Shown piece by piece: positions 9,145 through 18,307 of a DNA stretch of 64,000 bases. The notes under the pieces are model-generated. The model was not told the origin of the DNA. It ran no database searches and was given only the letters and a program-made list of their open reading frames with translations. The stretch comes from Candidatus Dormibacteria bacterium (GTDB lineage Bacteria; Chloroflexota; Dormibacteria; Aeolococcales; Aeolococcaceae). The DNA lies in contig JBPCLW010000042.1 of assembly GCA_051002895.1 (NCBI GenBank), positions 54,293 through 118,292 on the forward strand, written 5' to 3'. How positions within the stretch are numbered: position 1 is the first letter of the stretch; every line of letters starts with the position of its first letter. A program made the translations under genes and the position numbers.

Positions 9145-10413
9145 TCACACCTTCATGGCTTTCATGACTCGGCGCATGAGGTCGCCGAGCGGCTGGTCAG
9201 CGTCATCGGCAAGAGACACTGCGTGGTGGGCAAGTCCCATCGGAGTGATGTCCTGGCTGCCGACGAGCAAGCCGGTGGTATCGAATACGCCCTGGACATC
9301 GTCGGGGCCGAGCACCTTGATCGTAGGTTGCCGGCTGAACGGCAGGCTTTCGGTCCAGTCGACGGCGGCAAGTTGCTCGCTCACCTCGGGAAGGGATGCG
9401 CCGCCGCCGGCCAGGTAGAGCGCCGGCGGCAGTTGCTCGCGGCCAGCCAGTTCCTCGAGGGTGAGCGCCACTCCCTGGGCGAGCACCTCCGCGGTCGGTT
9501 CGACGGTCCGGTGAGCGATCGCGTTCTGCTCCGCGGCGAGCCGCCCATCGGTGTGAGCAAGCTTGAATTTCTCCGCGTCTTCCAGGTTCATGTCGAGTTC
9601 GCTGGCGAGGCGTTTGGTAAAGGAGCGGCCACCCAGAGCAAACATCCGAGTCGCCTCGATGCCACCCCGACGTACGACCGCGACATCAGTGGTACCGCCG
9701 CCGATGTCAACGAAGATCCCGCCGAACTCGTACACATCTTCAGTGGCACACCCCCGCGCCATGGCGTACGGCTCGGCGACGGTGGCGACGAGGTCGAGGT
9801 CGAGCTCCTGAGCGATGGTCTGCAGCGCGCCGATGTGGGTCAGCGGCGCGAAGGTGTTGAAAACGGTGATCTCGATAACGTTACCGGAGAAGTCGAGGGG
9901 ATTGGTCACCGCGTAGCCGTCGATGTGAACGGCGGTGATCGTGGAGTGGACGAGCTTGACATTCACCTCGCTGACGCCCAGTTCGCTCGACATCTGTCGC
10001 ACCGCCTCCTTCATGGCACGGCGCTGAACCGCCTGGAGCGCGGTGGCAAGGTCGGCCTGGGTGATGCGCGCCTGGGGGTTGGGGCGAGTCATGGTCATGG
10101 TGGTGCTGAAGCCACGCACCTGCTCGCCGGCGATACCCATCACCGCCTGCCCAGGGATGGCACCACACATGTCCTCGGCTTCGGTGAGTGCCTTATCGCA
10201 GTTTTCAATGACTCCCTGAATGTCCGCCACCGCTCCGGCATGCATGTCGGAGAGCGACTGCCGTACCTTGCCAACACCAACGACGATGCCGTTCTGATCC
10301 TCACGCTTCACCACCAGCGCTTTGACGAACTCCGTACCGATGTCGATCACCGTGAAGTGACTCTGGTACTCATTGCGGCGGCGAAGTAGCGGGAACCTGC
10401 GGCGCTGCATCAT
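9145..10413 (-). CDS. FtsA/PilM-like actin-fold ATPase
   Basis: Actin/HSP70-fold phosphate motifs (VIDIGTEFVKALVV; FVDIGGGTTDVAVV; LAGGGASLP). The C-terminal DLMRRVMKAMKV looks like an amphipathic membrane-targeting helix. Start ATGATG overlaps the alaS stop. Confidence 0.7.
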   Translation of the reverse strand: MMQRRRFPLLRRRNEYQSHFTVIDIGTEFVKALVVKREDQNGIVVGVGKVRQSLSDMHAGAVADIQGVIENCDKALTEAEDMCGAIPGQAVMGIAGEQVRGFSTTMTMTRPNPQARITQADLATALQAVQRRAMKEAVRQMSSELGVSEVNVKLVHSTITAVHIDGYAVTNPLDFSGNVIEITVFNTFAPLTHIGALQTIAQELDLDLVATVAEPYAMARGCATEDVYEFGGIFVDIGGGTTDVAVVRRGGIEATRMFALGGRSFTKRLASELDMNLEDAEKFKLAHTDGRLAAEQNAIAHRTVEPTAEVLAQGVALTLEELAGREQLPPALYLAGGGASLPEVSEQLAAVDWTESLPFSRQPTIKVLGPDDVQGVFDTTGLLVGSQDITPMGLAHHAVSLADDADQPLGDLMRRVMKAMKV

Positions 10414-12998
10414 CGGTGCACAGCCTCACCAAGGGAAGAACTGAGGACCTGTCTCGCCTCACCGCGACGGGCAGCGTCCTTCAGGCTTCCCCGGGCAAAC
10501 TCGGGGCGCCCCCCGCCCCGACCGCCCGATGCCTCCGCGGCGGAACGTACCAGGTCTCCCGCATTGACACCTGCGGCGCGCGCATCAGGGCCGACCTTCA
10601 CCGCGATCACGTTCTCACCGAGAATGACTGCAACTCCGCGGCCGGCGACATGTTCGGCGAAGAGGCGATCTATGGTGGCACTGACCTCGTTGGTGTCCAA
10701 CGAGAATCGGTCGACAAGAGCCACTCGGTAGCCTGCAACCTCGTGCACCTCAGCCGCAGCCAACGCCGCCACGACCTCGGTTCCTCCTCCGCTCTGCTGA
10801 CGACGCCGGAGGTCACGATTCTGATCGAGGAGTTGCTGCACCCTCACCGCCACCTCTTCGGGACGCGACTTCAGGGCACGGGCCGTTTCCCGCAACGTCC
10901 GCTCATTCTCTGCCCAGTGCAGTTCGGCCGCCTCGCCGGTGACCATGTCGATGCGACGGATGCCCTGTCCCACAGAGGACTCCGAGAGGATGATCGCCGC
11001 CCCGACGTCGCCGCTGCGATGCACGTGCGTACCGCCGCAGAGCTCGCGCGTCCAGCCGCCAAAGTCGACGACGCGGACCTTCTCAGCGTAGCTCTCGTCG
11101 AGAAGAGCGATGGCCCCACTGGCGCGAGCATCGCTCAGCGCCATCAGGTCAACGGAGCGCTCGAAATTGCGGCGGATGGCGGCGTTGATTCGACCCTCAA
11201 TATCACGCATTTCCCGGGCAGTCAGGGGCCGGGTGAAGGAGAAGTCGAAGGTTGCGTGGTCGGGACCCACGTAGCTTCCCCGCTGCACGATGCCGTCCCC
11301 CAGCACCTCGCGGAGGGCTCGATGGAGGAAATGGGTGGCGCTGTGATGGCGCGCCGTCTGAGCCCGCCGAGCAGCGTCGACGAGGGCCTCGACAGAGGCT
11401 CCGGAGAGCAGCTCGCCGGCGGTCACCCGAACCCGGTGCAGCCGGGCCTCGCCCTGATGGACAGTGTCTAGGACCGCCGCATGTCCTCCTTCCCAGCAAA
11501 TCTCGCCGCGGTCTCCGACCTGCCCACCACCCTCGGCGTAGAAGGGGCTGATGTCGAGGAGGACCACGTCCTCCTCGCCGACCACGAGGCGATCGCGTTC
11601 TGGCTCGACGCCGATGCGCGACACGGTCGCGGCACCGCGGAGATCCTCGTAGCCCACGAATGTGGTGGTTGGCAGCACCGGCCCACTCTCGAAACCAACG
11701 CGCACGCCGACCGCCTTGCTCGACGCACGTTGAGCGGCGAGAGCGACGTTGAATTCTGAGCGATCGACCGTCGCGCCCCGCTGAGCTGCCATCTCCATGG
11801 TTAACTCGATGGGGAAGCCAAAGGTATCGTACAGACGGAACGCATCGCCGCCCGGAATCACCGTGGTGCCCCGGTCGAGTAGCGCCTCGAGCCGCGCAGA
11901 CCCTGCGTCCAGGGTTCGAGCAAAGCTCTCCTCCTCGTGACGCAGCGTCTGCTGGACCATCCCGGCATGCTCACCAACCTCGGGGTACACCTTCTCCACC
12001 GAGCCGGCGACGTCGTCGACGGCATCGGCCAGACCACCCTGGAGACCGACCCGACGGCCGTGGAGGGCAGCCCTGCGGATCACCCGCCGGAGCACGTAAC
12101 CGCGGCCCTCATTGCCGGGCACGACGCCGTCGGAGAGCAGGAAGACGGCGGCCCGGGCGTGGTCGGCGAGAATGTTGAGCGCTCGACGACGATCTGGCGT
12201 CTCCGTAGTGCCGGCACTGCGCCGCTCGAACCCGGCGACGATCGGCGTGAAGATGTCGGTGTCGTAGTTACTGCGTACGTTCTGGATCACGCTGGTGATC
12301 CGCTCCAGGCTCATCCCCGTGTCCACGGTGCGCTTGGGCAAGAGCGTCCGGGCGCCATCCTCGGCTTGGTCGAACTCCATGAACACCAGGTTCCAGATCT
12401 CCAGCCAGCGGTTCCCCCCGCACTCGTCATCGGGCCGGCAGTCTGCGCGGCCGCAGGAGCACGGAGAGCCCCAATCCCAATAGATCTCACTGTCGTAGCC
12501 GCAGGGACCGGTCGGACCCGCCTGCCACCAGTTGTCAGTGAAGCGGCAGATGCGGTCCTTGGGCACCCCGATCCGGCCCGTCCACAGCCGCTCTGCCTCG
12601 TGGTCGTCCGGGTAGATGCTCGGCCACAGACGCCCCGGATCGAGGTCCCACTCGCGGGTGAGAAGCTCCCAGGCGAACTCTATGGCTCCCTCTTTGAAGT
12701 AATCGCCGATCGACCAGTTGCCGAGCATCTCGAAGAACGTGTGGTGGGTGGAGTCGCCCACTGATGCGATGTCATCAGTGGCCAGCCCAGAACCGCGGAA
12801 GCATTTCTGACATGACGCCAGCCGCGGGGTGGGGGAAACCTTCTCGCCGCTGATGTACGGCTTGAGTGGCACCATCCCGGCCACGGTGAAGAGAAGCGAC
12901 GGATCGTCGTGGGGAATGAGCGAGGCGCTGGGGAGCAGGTGATGCCCCCGGTCCTCGAAGAAGCGGAGAAAACGCTCCCGGATCTCTGGGCTGCGCAC
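10410..12998 (-). CDS. alaS: Alanyl-tRNA synthetase
   Basis: 862 aa, MRSPEIRERFLRFFEDRGHH..., editing-domain HHSATH and CGGTHV motifs, C-terminal DHHA1-like region. Confidence 0.97.
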   Translation of the reverse strand: MRSPEIRERFLRFFEDRGHHLLPSASLIPHDDPSLLFTVAGMVPLKPYISGEKVSPTPRLASCQKCFRGSGLATDDIASVGDSTHHTFFEMLGNWSIGDYFKEGAIEFAWELLTREWDLDPGRLWPSIYPDDHEAERLWTGRIGVPKDRICRFTDNWWQAGPTGPCGYDSEIYWDWGSPCSCGRADCRPDDECGGNRWLEIWNLVFMEFDQAEDGARTLLPKRTVDTGMSLERITSVIQNVRSNYDTDIFTPIVAGFERRSAGTTETPDRRRALNILADHARAAVFLLSDGVVPGNEGRGYVLRRVIRRAALHGRRVGLQGGLADAVDDVAGSVEKVYPEVGEHAGMVQQTLRHEEESFARTLDAGSARLEALLDRGTTVIPGGDAFRLYDTFGFPIELTMEMAAQRGATVDRSEFNVALAAQRASSKAVGVRVGFESGPVLPTTTFVGYEDLRGAATVSRIGVEPERDRLVVGEEDVVLLDISPFYAEGGGQVGDRGEICWEGGHAAVLDTVHQGEARLHRVRVTAGELLSGASVEALVDAARRAQTARHHSATHFLHRALREVLGDGIVQRGSYVGPDHATFDFSFTRPLTAREMRDIEGRINAAIRRNFERSVDLMALSDARASGAIALLDESYAEKVRVVDFGGWTRELCGGTHVHRSGDVGAAIILSESSVGQGIRRIDMVTGEAAELHWAENERTLRETARALKSRPEEVAVRVQQLLDQNRDLRRRQQSGGGTEVVAALAAAEVHEVAGYRVALVDRFSLDTNEVSATIDRLFAEHVAGRGVAVILGENVIAVKVGPDARAAGVNAGDLVRSAAEASGGRGGGRPEFARGSLKDAARRGEARQVLSSSLGEAVHR

Positions 12999-13110
12999 GG
13001 TGTCCTGCTGATGGAGTCCCCGGATGGGCAGACGACGACGGGCAGGAGACGGCGCCGGCCGGGGAATCGTCTGATTCTATCGAACTCACAAGACCGACAG
13101 GTCGGCGCTG

Positions 13111-13932
13111 TCAGACGGGCTCGGTACCACCGAACTCACGCTTCAGATGCTCGATGGCGGCGCGCTGGAGTCGGGAGACGTGCATTTGCGAGATACCGAG
13201 CCGCTTGGCGACCTCGGCCTGAGGCAGCTGATCGATGAAGCGCATCGCCATGATCCGCCGCTCGCGGGGGCTGAGATGCTCCATGGCCCGCGCCAGAACC
13301 GCCTTCATCTCCACGCGTTTGAGATTCTCGTCCTCGAACCCCAGGCGGTCGGCGAGGCTGCCGGAGTCGTCCTCGCTCGAACTTGGTGGCGCGCTGAGCG
13401 AGATCGTGTGCTGGGCCGGTCCGACCTCGAGAGCAGCGAGCACGTCATCGGTGTCGAGGCCGAGATGCGCAGCGATCTCCTCGATCGACGGCAGACGTCC
13501 CAGTTCGCCCTGCAGCACCTGCTCGGCGCTATGAACGCGGAGCAGGTTCTCCTGCAATCGTCGGGGTACTCTGATCGCCCAGCTACGATCGCGAAAGTAC
13601 CGGCGAATCTCGCCCATGATCGTGGGCGTCGCAAAGGTGCTGAACTCGTTCTCCAGCGAGGGGTCGAAGCGGTCGATGGCGTGAATGAGGCCAACGAACC
13701 CCACCTGCTCGATGTCCTCCAGCGGCTCGCCGCGGTTGGCGAAGCGCCGGGCGATGAAGCGCACGAGGTCCTGGTTGAGCTCGATGACACGGTCGCGGAT
13801 GTACGGGTCGCGGGTCTGCTTGTACTCCCGCAGGAGGCCCCGGACCAGTTCGCGCTGTGGCGTGGACGCAGGCTTGGCCAGCGTGCGGGGTGCCGTCGCC
13901 ACCGGGGGCCCGGTGGGCGGCGAACCGGTCAC
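13111..13932 (-). CDS. RNA polymerase sigma factor, SigB/F/G-type (group 3 sigma-70)
   Basis: Region 2 (EDIEQVGFVGLIHAIDRFDP...FSTFATPTIMGEIRRYFRD), region 3 and region 4 HTH (QAEVAKRLGISQMHVSRL). Confidence 0.85.
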   Translation of the reverse strand: MTGSPPTGPPVATAPRTLAKPASTPQRELVRGLLREYKQTRDPYIRDRVIELNQDLVRFIARRFANRGEPLEDIEQVGFVGLIHAIDRFDPSLENEFSTFATPTIMGEIRRYFRDRSWAIRVPRRLQENLLRVHSAEQVLQGELGRLPSIEEIAAHLGLDTDDVLAALEVGPAQHTISLSAPPSSSEDDSGSLADRLGFEDENLKRVEMKAVLARAMEHLSPRERRIMAMRFIDQLPQAEVAKRLGISQMHVSRLQRAAIEHLKREFGGTEPV

Positions 13933-14384
13933 GATGACGAGGTTCGGTACTTGGTCAGCCGGACCCGTAGGCCCCCGCTGCTCTCGTCGACGCGGTAACG
14001 GAACTCGTCGACAAAGAGGCCCATCACCTTGAGCGCCAACTCGTGGTGCTCGCCGTGCTGAGGGTGCAGCGGTGCGCCAGCCGCAGCCAACGCTGCCTCG
14101 CGCCCCGCCTCGAGCTCGGCGCGGGAGCAGGTGCTACGCACGTGCACCTCGAGTCCCGCGTCGCTGAGGTTGACCACGATCCGGATCTGACCATAGCCGC
14201 GACCAGCCGCGCGCTCCAGAAGGACGATCGCGTTCTCATAGGCTTGAGACACTGCGATGACGAGGTCATCGAGCGCCTCGACATGGAGGCCGGCGACGCT
14301 GGCGAAACCGGCCACCGCCCGTTTGGCGACAACGATGTAGCGACGATCGGCGGGGAGGCGGAGCTCGGACGTGGTCTGTCCCAT
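13929..14384 (-). CDS. Anti-sigma factor, RsbW/SpoIIAB-like serine kinase (HATPase_c-like)
   Basis: 151 aa, translationally coupled upstream of the sigma gene. The pattern VVAKRAVAGFA...LDDLVIAVSQAYENAI...IRIVVN resembles anti-sigma regulatory kinases. Confidence 0.6.
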   Translation of the reverse strand: MGQTTSELRLPADRRYIVVAKRAVAGFASVAGLHVEALDDLVIAVSQAYENAIVLLERAAGRGYGQIRIVVNLSDAGLEVHVRSTCSRAELEAGREAALAAAGAPLHPQHGEHHELALKVMGLFVDEFRYRVDESSGGLRVRLTKYRTSSS

Positions 14385-14419
14385 GCTGGTTCTCCTACCC
14401 CAATGGATCGCCGCCCAAA

Positions 14420-14614
14420 CTACCCCCGCACCTTCGCTGGCATCGCAGCCCGACCGGCAGCGGCACCCTCGTCGACGGCCCCCGCGATCTCCGCCTCCCA
14501 GGCGCGGTCGAGTTGGTCCCGCCGGGCGGCCCGAACCCGCCAGAAGACGACGGCGGCGCCCAGGGCACCGGCCGCCAGTAGGCTCTTGGGGCCGACGGGG
14601 AAACGCACACGCAT
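14420..14614 (-). CDS. Hypothetical small single-pass membrane protein
   Basis: MRVRFPVGPKSLLAAGALGAAVVFWRV... has one hydrophobic helix. Weak call with no family match. Confidence 0.3.
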   Translation of the reverse strand: MRVRFPVGPKSLLAAGALGAAVVFWRVRAARRDQLDRAWEAEIAGAVDEGAAAGRAAMPAKVRG

Positions 14615-14645
14615 CGCTGTCCTCCAGGCTGCCGGGGAACTCGGA

Positions 14646-14921
14646 TTATGGCGGACCCTCGTGCCGAGGGGGGCGCACCAGCAGCGCGCCGAGGCCCTCG
14701 AAGAGGGCAACTCCGAGGCCCTCGGCAAGGGGATGCAGGGGGCCGATGGCAGGGCCGCCGGTGTGCAGCGCCACCGCCACCGTCTCGCCGACCATGACCC
14801 CGCCGGCGGCGAGCAGAACTGTCCAGAAGTACTTGCCGCGGCCGGGGAGTACGAGCCGGGTGACTTGGGCGCCCAGGAGTACGAAGATGACGGCGAGGAC
14901 GAGAGCCGGGGAGAGCGTCAC
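14646..14921 (-). CDS. Hypothetical small multi-pass membrane protein
   Basis: 91 aa with about 3 hydrophobic helices (MTLSPALVLAVIFVLLGAQV..., WTVLLAAGGVMVGETVAVAL...). Confidence 0.4.
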   Translation of the reverse strand: MTLSPALVLAVIFVLLGAQVTRLVLPGRGKYFWTVLLAAGGVMVGETVAVALHTGGPAIGPLHPLAEGLGVALFEGLGALLVRPPRHEGPP

Positions 14922-15180
14922 CGATCAGGAGCACCCTGTGATCACAGAGGGTCACGGCTCCCGCACCGACCGCGCCGTCCTGGGCTGAGCCCAAGGACCA
15001 GGTGGGTTCCCGCAGGACACCTTTCCCCTTCCTCGTCGTGAGGCGTGAGGGCCAGTGCCAGATGTTGGGATCCCGTCATCGGAAATGTTGGTCCAGCCAC
15101 GTGGGATGGCTGCGACCGGGCGGAAGCCGACACCATCGTAGCGCAGGTGCCGCTCGACAACGCGGGTCGCCAGCGCATTG

Positions 15181-16458
15181 TCAGGCGTCGCTTTGCTGCT
15201 TCCGCAGGATGGCATCGACGTGCTCGCCCAATGCGGCGGCGGGCGTCGTTGTCTGGCTGCGTCCCACCAAGTCGCGAACCGTGATCGTGCCATCGCGAGC
15301 CTCATCGCTGCCCACGATCACCGCCACTCGAGATCCACTCCTCTCGGCATTGCGGAGGCGGCGATCCAGACGACGATCGCTGGCGTCGACAACCGCCTCG
15401 CGACCGGCCCCGCGAAGTTGATCGGCGTGGCCAAGGGCAACGTTCAGAGACGCCGCATCAAGCGAGATGACGGTGATTGCAGTGCGCTGGGCGGCATTGG
15501 GCCCCAGCCCTGCCGTCTCGCACACATGAAGGATGCGCTCGACCCCGAGCGCATATCCGACACCCGGGGTCGATGGAAAGCCCAGAACGGCGGCCAATCC
15601 ATCGTAGCGCCCTCCCCCGCCGAGCGCGTTCTGAGCTCCCTGGAGAGACTCGTGCCAGACCTCGAACGTGGTGTGCGCGTAGTAGTCCAAGCCGCGGACA
15701 AGTCGGGGATTCAGTCTGTAGGGCACGCGTCCCCGCAAACCCGACTGCACCCGCTCGAAGAATTCGCGGCTGGGCGCGGAGAGTGACCCCGCGATGTCCG
15801 GCGCGCCGGCAACGAGTCCAGAATCGCGCTTGCAATCGAGAAGCCGCAGGGGATTGATCTCGAGGCGTCGCGTGCAATCGTCACAGAGCTGTTGGCGGTG
15901 GGGGGTGTAGTAAGCGACCAGCGCCGCCCGATAGCGAGTGCGATCGTCGAGGTCGCCAAGCGTGTTGAGTTGCAGCGAGATTCCCTCGATGCCAAGGCTC
16001 TGGAAGTATCGCCACGCCAGATCGACGACCTCGACGTCAAATCCCGGTGAGTGCTCGCCGATGGCCTCGACACCTACCTGCCAGAACTGACGGTAGCGCC
16101 CCGCCTGCGGCCGGTCGTACCGGAACTGGGGACCCGCATATCGCACCCGAACCGGCCGCGTCTCCTGGTCCAGGTGGGCCTGAAGGACCGCACGCACTGC
16201 GCTCGGAGTGGTTTCGGGACGCAGCGTGATCGAGCGATCACCGCGGTCGCGAAACGTGTACATCTCCTTCTCGACGACATCGGTGCCCGCGCCCGTTCCC
16301 CTTTCGAACAACTCGGTGGCCTCGAAGATCGGCGTCTCCAGGAGCGCGTATCCTGAGCGCTGCGCCAGGTCAGCGTGGCTCCGGAGAATCCACTCCCAGC
16401 GCGGTGAGCGGTCTGGAAGGATGTCCTGGGTGCCCCGGGGGGCGGTGATCGCAGGCAT
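15181..16458 (-). CDS. hisS: Histidyl-tRNA synthetase
   Basis: MPAITAPRGTQDILPD..., class II motifs (FRYDRPQAGRYRQFWQ; GGGRYDGL). Confidence 0.95.
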   Translation of the reverse strand: MPAITAPRGTQDILPDRSPRWEWILRSHADLAQRSGYALLETPIFEATELFERGTGAGTDVVEKEMYTFRDRGDRSITLRPETTPSAVRAVLQAHLDQETRPVRVRYAGPQFRYDRPQAGRYRQFWQVGVEAIGEHSPGFDVEVVDLAWRYFQSLGIEGISLQLNTLGDLDDRTRYRAALVAYYTPHRQQLCDDCTRRLEINPLRLLDCKRDSGLVAGAPDIAGSLSAPSREFFERVQSGLRGRVPYRLNPRLVRGLDYYAHTTFEVWHESLQGAQNALGGGGRYDGLAAVLGFPSTPGVGYALGVERILHVCETAGLGPNAAQRTAITVISLDAASLNVALGHADQLRGAGREAVVDASDRRLDRRLRNAERSGSRVAVIVGSDEARDGTITVRDLVGRSQTTTPAAALGEHVDAILRKQQSDA

Positions 16459-16639
16459 GGCCGGTCAGTGTACTGGCCGTTCGGCGCCTTGCCCCACGCT
16501 TCTCGTCCCCAAAAGCCGACCGCGTCGGCTGGATCTCCGTCGTCATCGTGTGATCCCCGATGCGCCCTCATGCTCTGCAATAGATCGAGGCGCGGTGTCC
16601 TCAGGGATTACTTGGCTGGGAGGGGTCCGCCAGCCCCTA

Positions 16640-17650
16640 TTAGCCGCCGCTGGCGGCGATGTTGTATCCGGTGAAGGCCATGATCGTGGTGAGCTTGCCC
16701 GCGGTCTTCGGAGGAATGGTGGCGGCCTGCAGCAGAATGTATTTGTCGGTTACGGAGGAATAGTCGCCGGGCGCGAGGAAGGGGCCGAAGACGCTGCGCG
16801 CAGCGTCCTGGGTGAACGAACCGCCCTTGGTGGCGGTGAAGGTCTCGGTCTGGTCGAGAGCGAAGAAGGTCAGGGCGCCGCCGTCGGCGGTCTTGAAGGC
16901 AACGCTGATGTCAGGGTGCTCCGTGAATCGGAAGGCGATGATCTGGTTATTCCCAGGCCCGTTCTTGACCTCCGCGGCCAGGTTGTCGGCGACTCCGCGG
17001 GTTTGGACGTTGGCCGTGAGGTTGGTGGGGTCGGTGGGGGCCCCGTTGGCGATGGCCGAGTTGAGGTAGCTCACCAGCGCCCCGCTGACCTCGGTCTGAT
17101 CCATTACCCAACTCTTGGCGTCGGCAGGGCTGGTCAGCTCCGCGTATCCGTCGACGCCCACGGCCACGTTGGGGAGCTCTGTGTTGGCGAGGACGGCGGA
17201 CTGCCACTTGGCAAGCCACGGAGCCTTGGCGTCCACCTTGATGAAGCACACCAGGTACACGTTGACGCCTCTGGCGCTGGTGTACTTGATGGTGCCGAGA
17301 AAGAACGCGGGATAGCTGGACTGGTGAGGAACCCAGACCTTCAGGTCGGAGCTGGTTGGGGCCTTATCCGGGGGCTTGCCGAGATTCTTGGTGGCCTCAA
17401 CGCCAGCATCGTCAACGGTTGCGAGCGGCGGTGTCTCCACCGTGTTCATTAGGGTGGCGTCCTGCTGCTGGCCCGCTGTCGTGCTCACCTTGTCCCAGTT
17501 CTTGAGCGCGGCCATGGCCTCGACGGGGGTCACCAGATGGGGACCCGGGGTGGCGGTGGCACCGCTGCCGCCTCCCGAGCCACCGCAGGCGGCGAGCAGC
17601 ACGCTTCCCACCAGGGTGAGGATGACGCCGACATCTCGAGCCCGGGTCAC
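16640..17650 (-). CDS. Hypothetical lipoprotein
   Basis: Signal peptide plus lipobox (VGSVLLAAC|GGSGGGSG). The rest has no recognisable family. Confidence 0.65.
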   Translation of the reverse strand: MTRARDVGVILTLVGSVLLAACGGSGGGSGATATPGPHLVTPVEAMAALKNWDKVSTTAGQQQDATLMNTVETPPLATVDDAGVEATKNLGKPPDKAPTSSDLKVWVPHQSSYPAFFLGTIKYTSARGVNVYLVCFIKVDAKAPWLAKWQSAVLANTELPNVAVGVDGYAELTSPADAKSWVMDQTEVSGALVSYLNSAIANGAPTDPTNLTANVQTRGVADNLAAEVKNGPGNNQIIAFRFTEHPDISVAFKTADGGALTFFALDQTETFTATKGGSFTQDAARSVFGPFLAPGDYSSVTDKYILLQAATIPPKTAGKLTTIMAFTGYNIAASGG

Positions 17651-17873
17651 AGCGCCGCCTCCGTTCCCGGCGGAAAGTCCGGCATGCTATCGCCGTGGAA
17701 GGTTGGATTCTCGTGCTTCAGTGACGCCACCTTCTCGAAGCAACGACCGCACTGCACCTGAGGCCCCCACACGCTGTCTCCGGGGGACTGTAGCAGCTTT
17801 GTCAATGGCCATCGGGAAGTCCGCACTTATGGCCAAGCAGAAATCCGCGCCCCTGGCCATGACGTCGGCGGTG

Positions 17874-18038
17874 TCAGGTCTTCGGTGAGCGATCACCTCC
17901 TCGCGACTTCGCCTCCTTCATGCGAAACGACTCGCCTTCGGTCACCGCGATGCGCCGGTGCGCGACAGCGGTTAGGCTGGCCGTGCGGCGGAGGGCGGGC
18001 CCGCTGACCAGCGGTCCGACGAGGGTGACCTCGTTCAT
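17874..18038 (-). pseudogene. Possible single-stranded DNA-binding protein (SSB) N-terminal remnant
   Basis: MNEVTLVGPLVSGPALRRTASLTAVAHRRIAVTEG... follows the SSB OB-fold start pattern (MN.V.L.G.L..DPELR.T.sG.aVa.frlAv). It terminates after 54 aa, has no good RBS, and sits in a 650-bp otherwise non-coding gap. Confidence 0.3.
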
Positions 18039-18307
18039 GGTCGGCCCGCGACCGCGACTGGTGTCCTCGAGAGGGCTCTCGCCCGCCTCGGGAATCACGG
18101 GCTGTTGGCTCGCGTGGGCATCTCCGTGCCGAGCGACCGGGCAACGCTCTCTGGACAGCGACGGCCCTCCGATTGCGCCACGCAACCCCGATGTTGGCGA
18201 ACAAGCCGACGGTCACCTTGCCCTCGGTAGTGGCCGTGCCGCAGCCTTGTCCACCCGTGCAGCGTGACCTTGACGCGGTGAGCGTTCGCAAGTATCGGAG
18301 TTGACCG

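Noticed and set aside
9223-10389. 388-aa plus-strand ORF antisense to the FtsA-like gene. Similar long antisense ORFs occur at 16208..17452, 21867..23249, 48337..49512 and 51262..52911.
   Set aside because: All are mirror ORFs of strongly supported minus-strand genes. They have no recognisable domains and Arg/Gly/Asp/His-rich composition.
12999-13110. T-box or other riboswitch leaders upstream of alaS, hisS (16459..16639) and proS
   Set aside because: The leaders are short (about 45-180 nt), and I could not find the T-box consensus (AGGGTGGNACCGCG) or a specifier/antiterminator architecture.
16612-16633. Hairpin GGCTGG-n10-CCAGCC after the lipoprotein gene as a terminator
   Set aside because: The stem is only 6 bp with a 10-nt loop and no U-tract, which is too weak to call.
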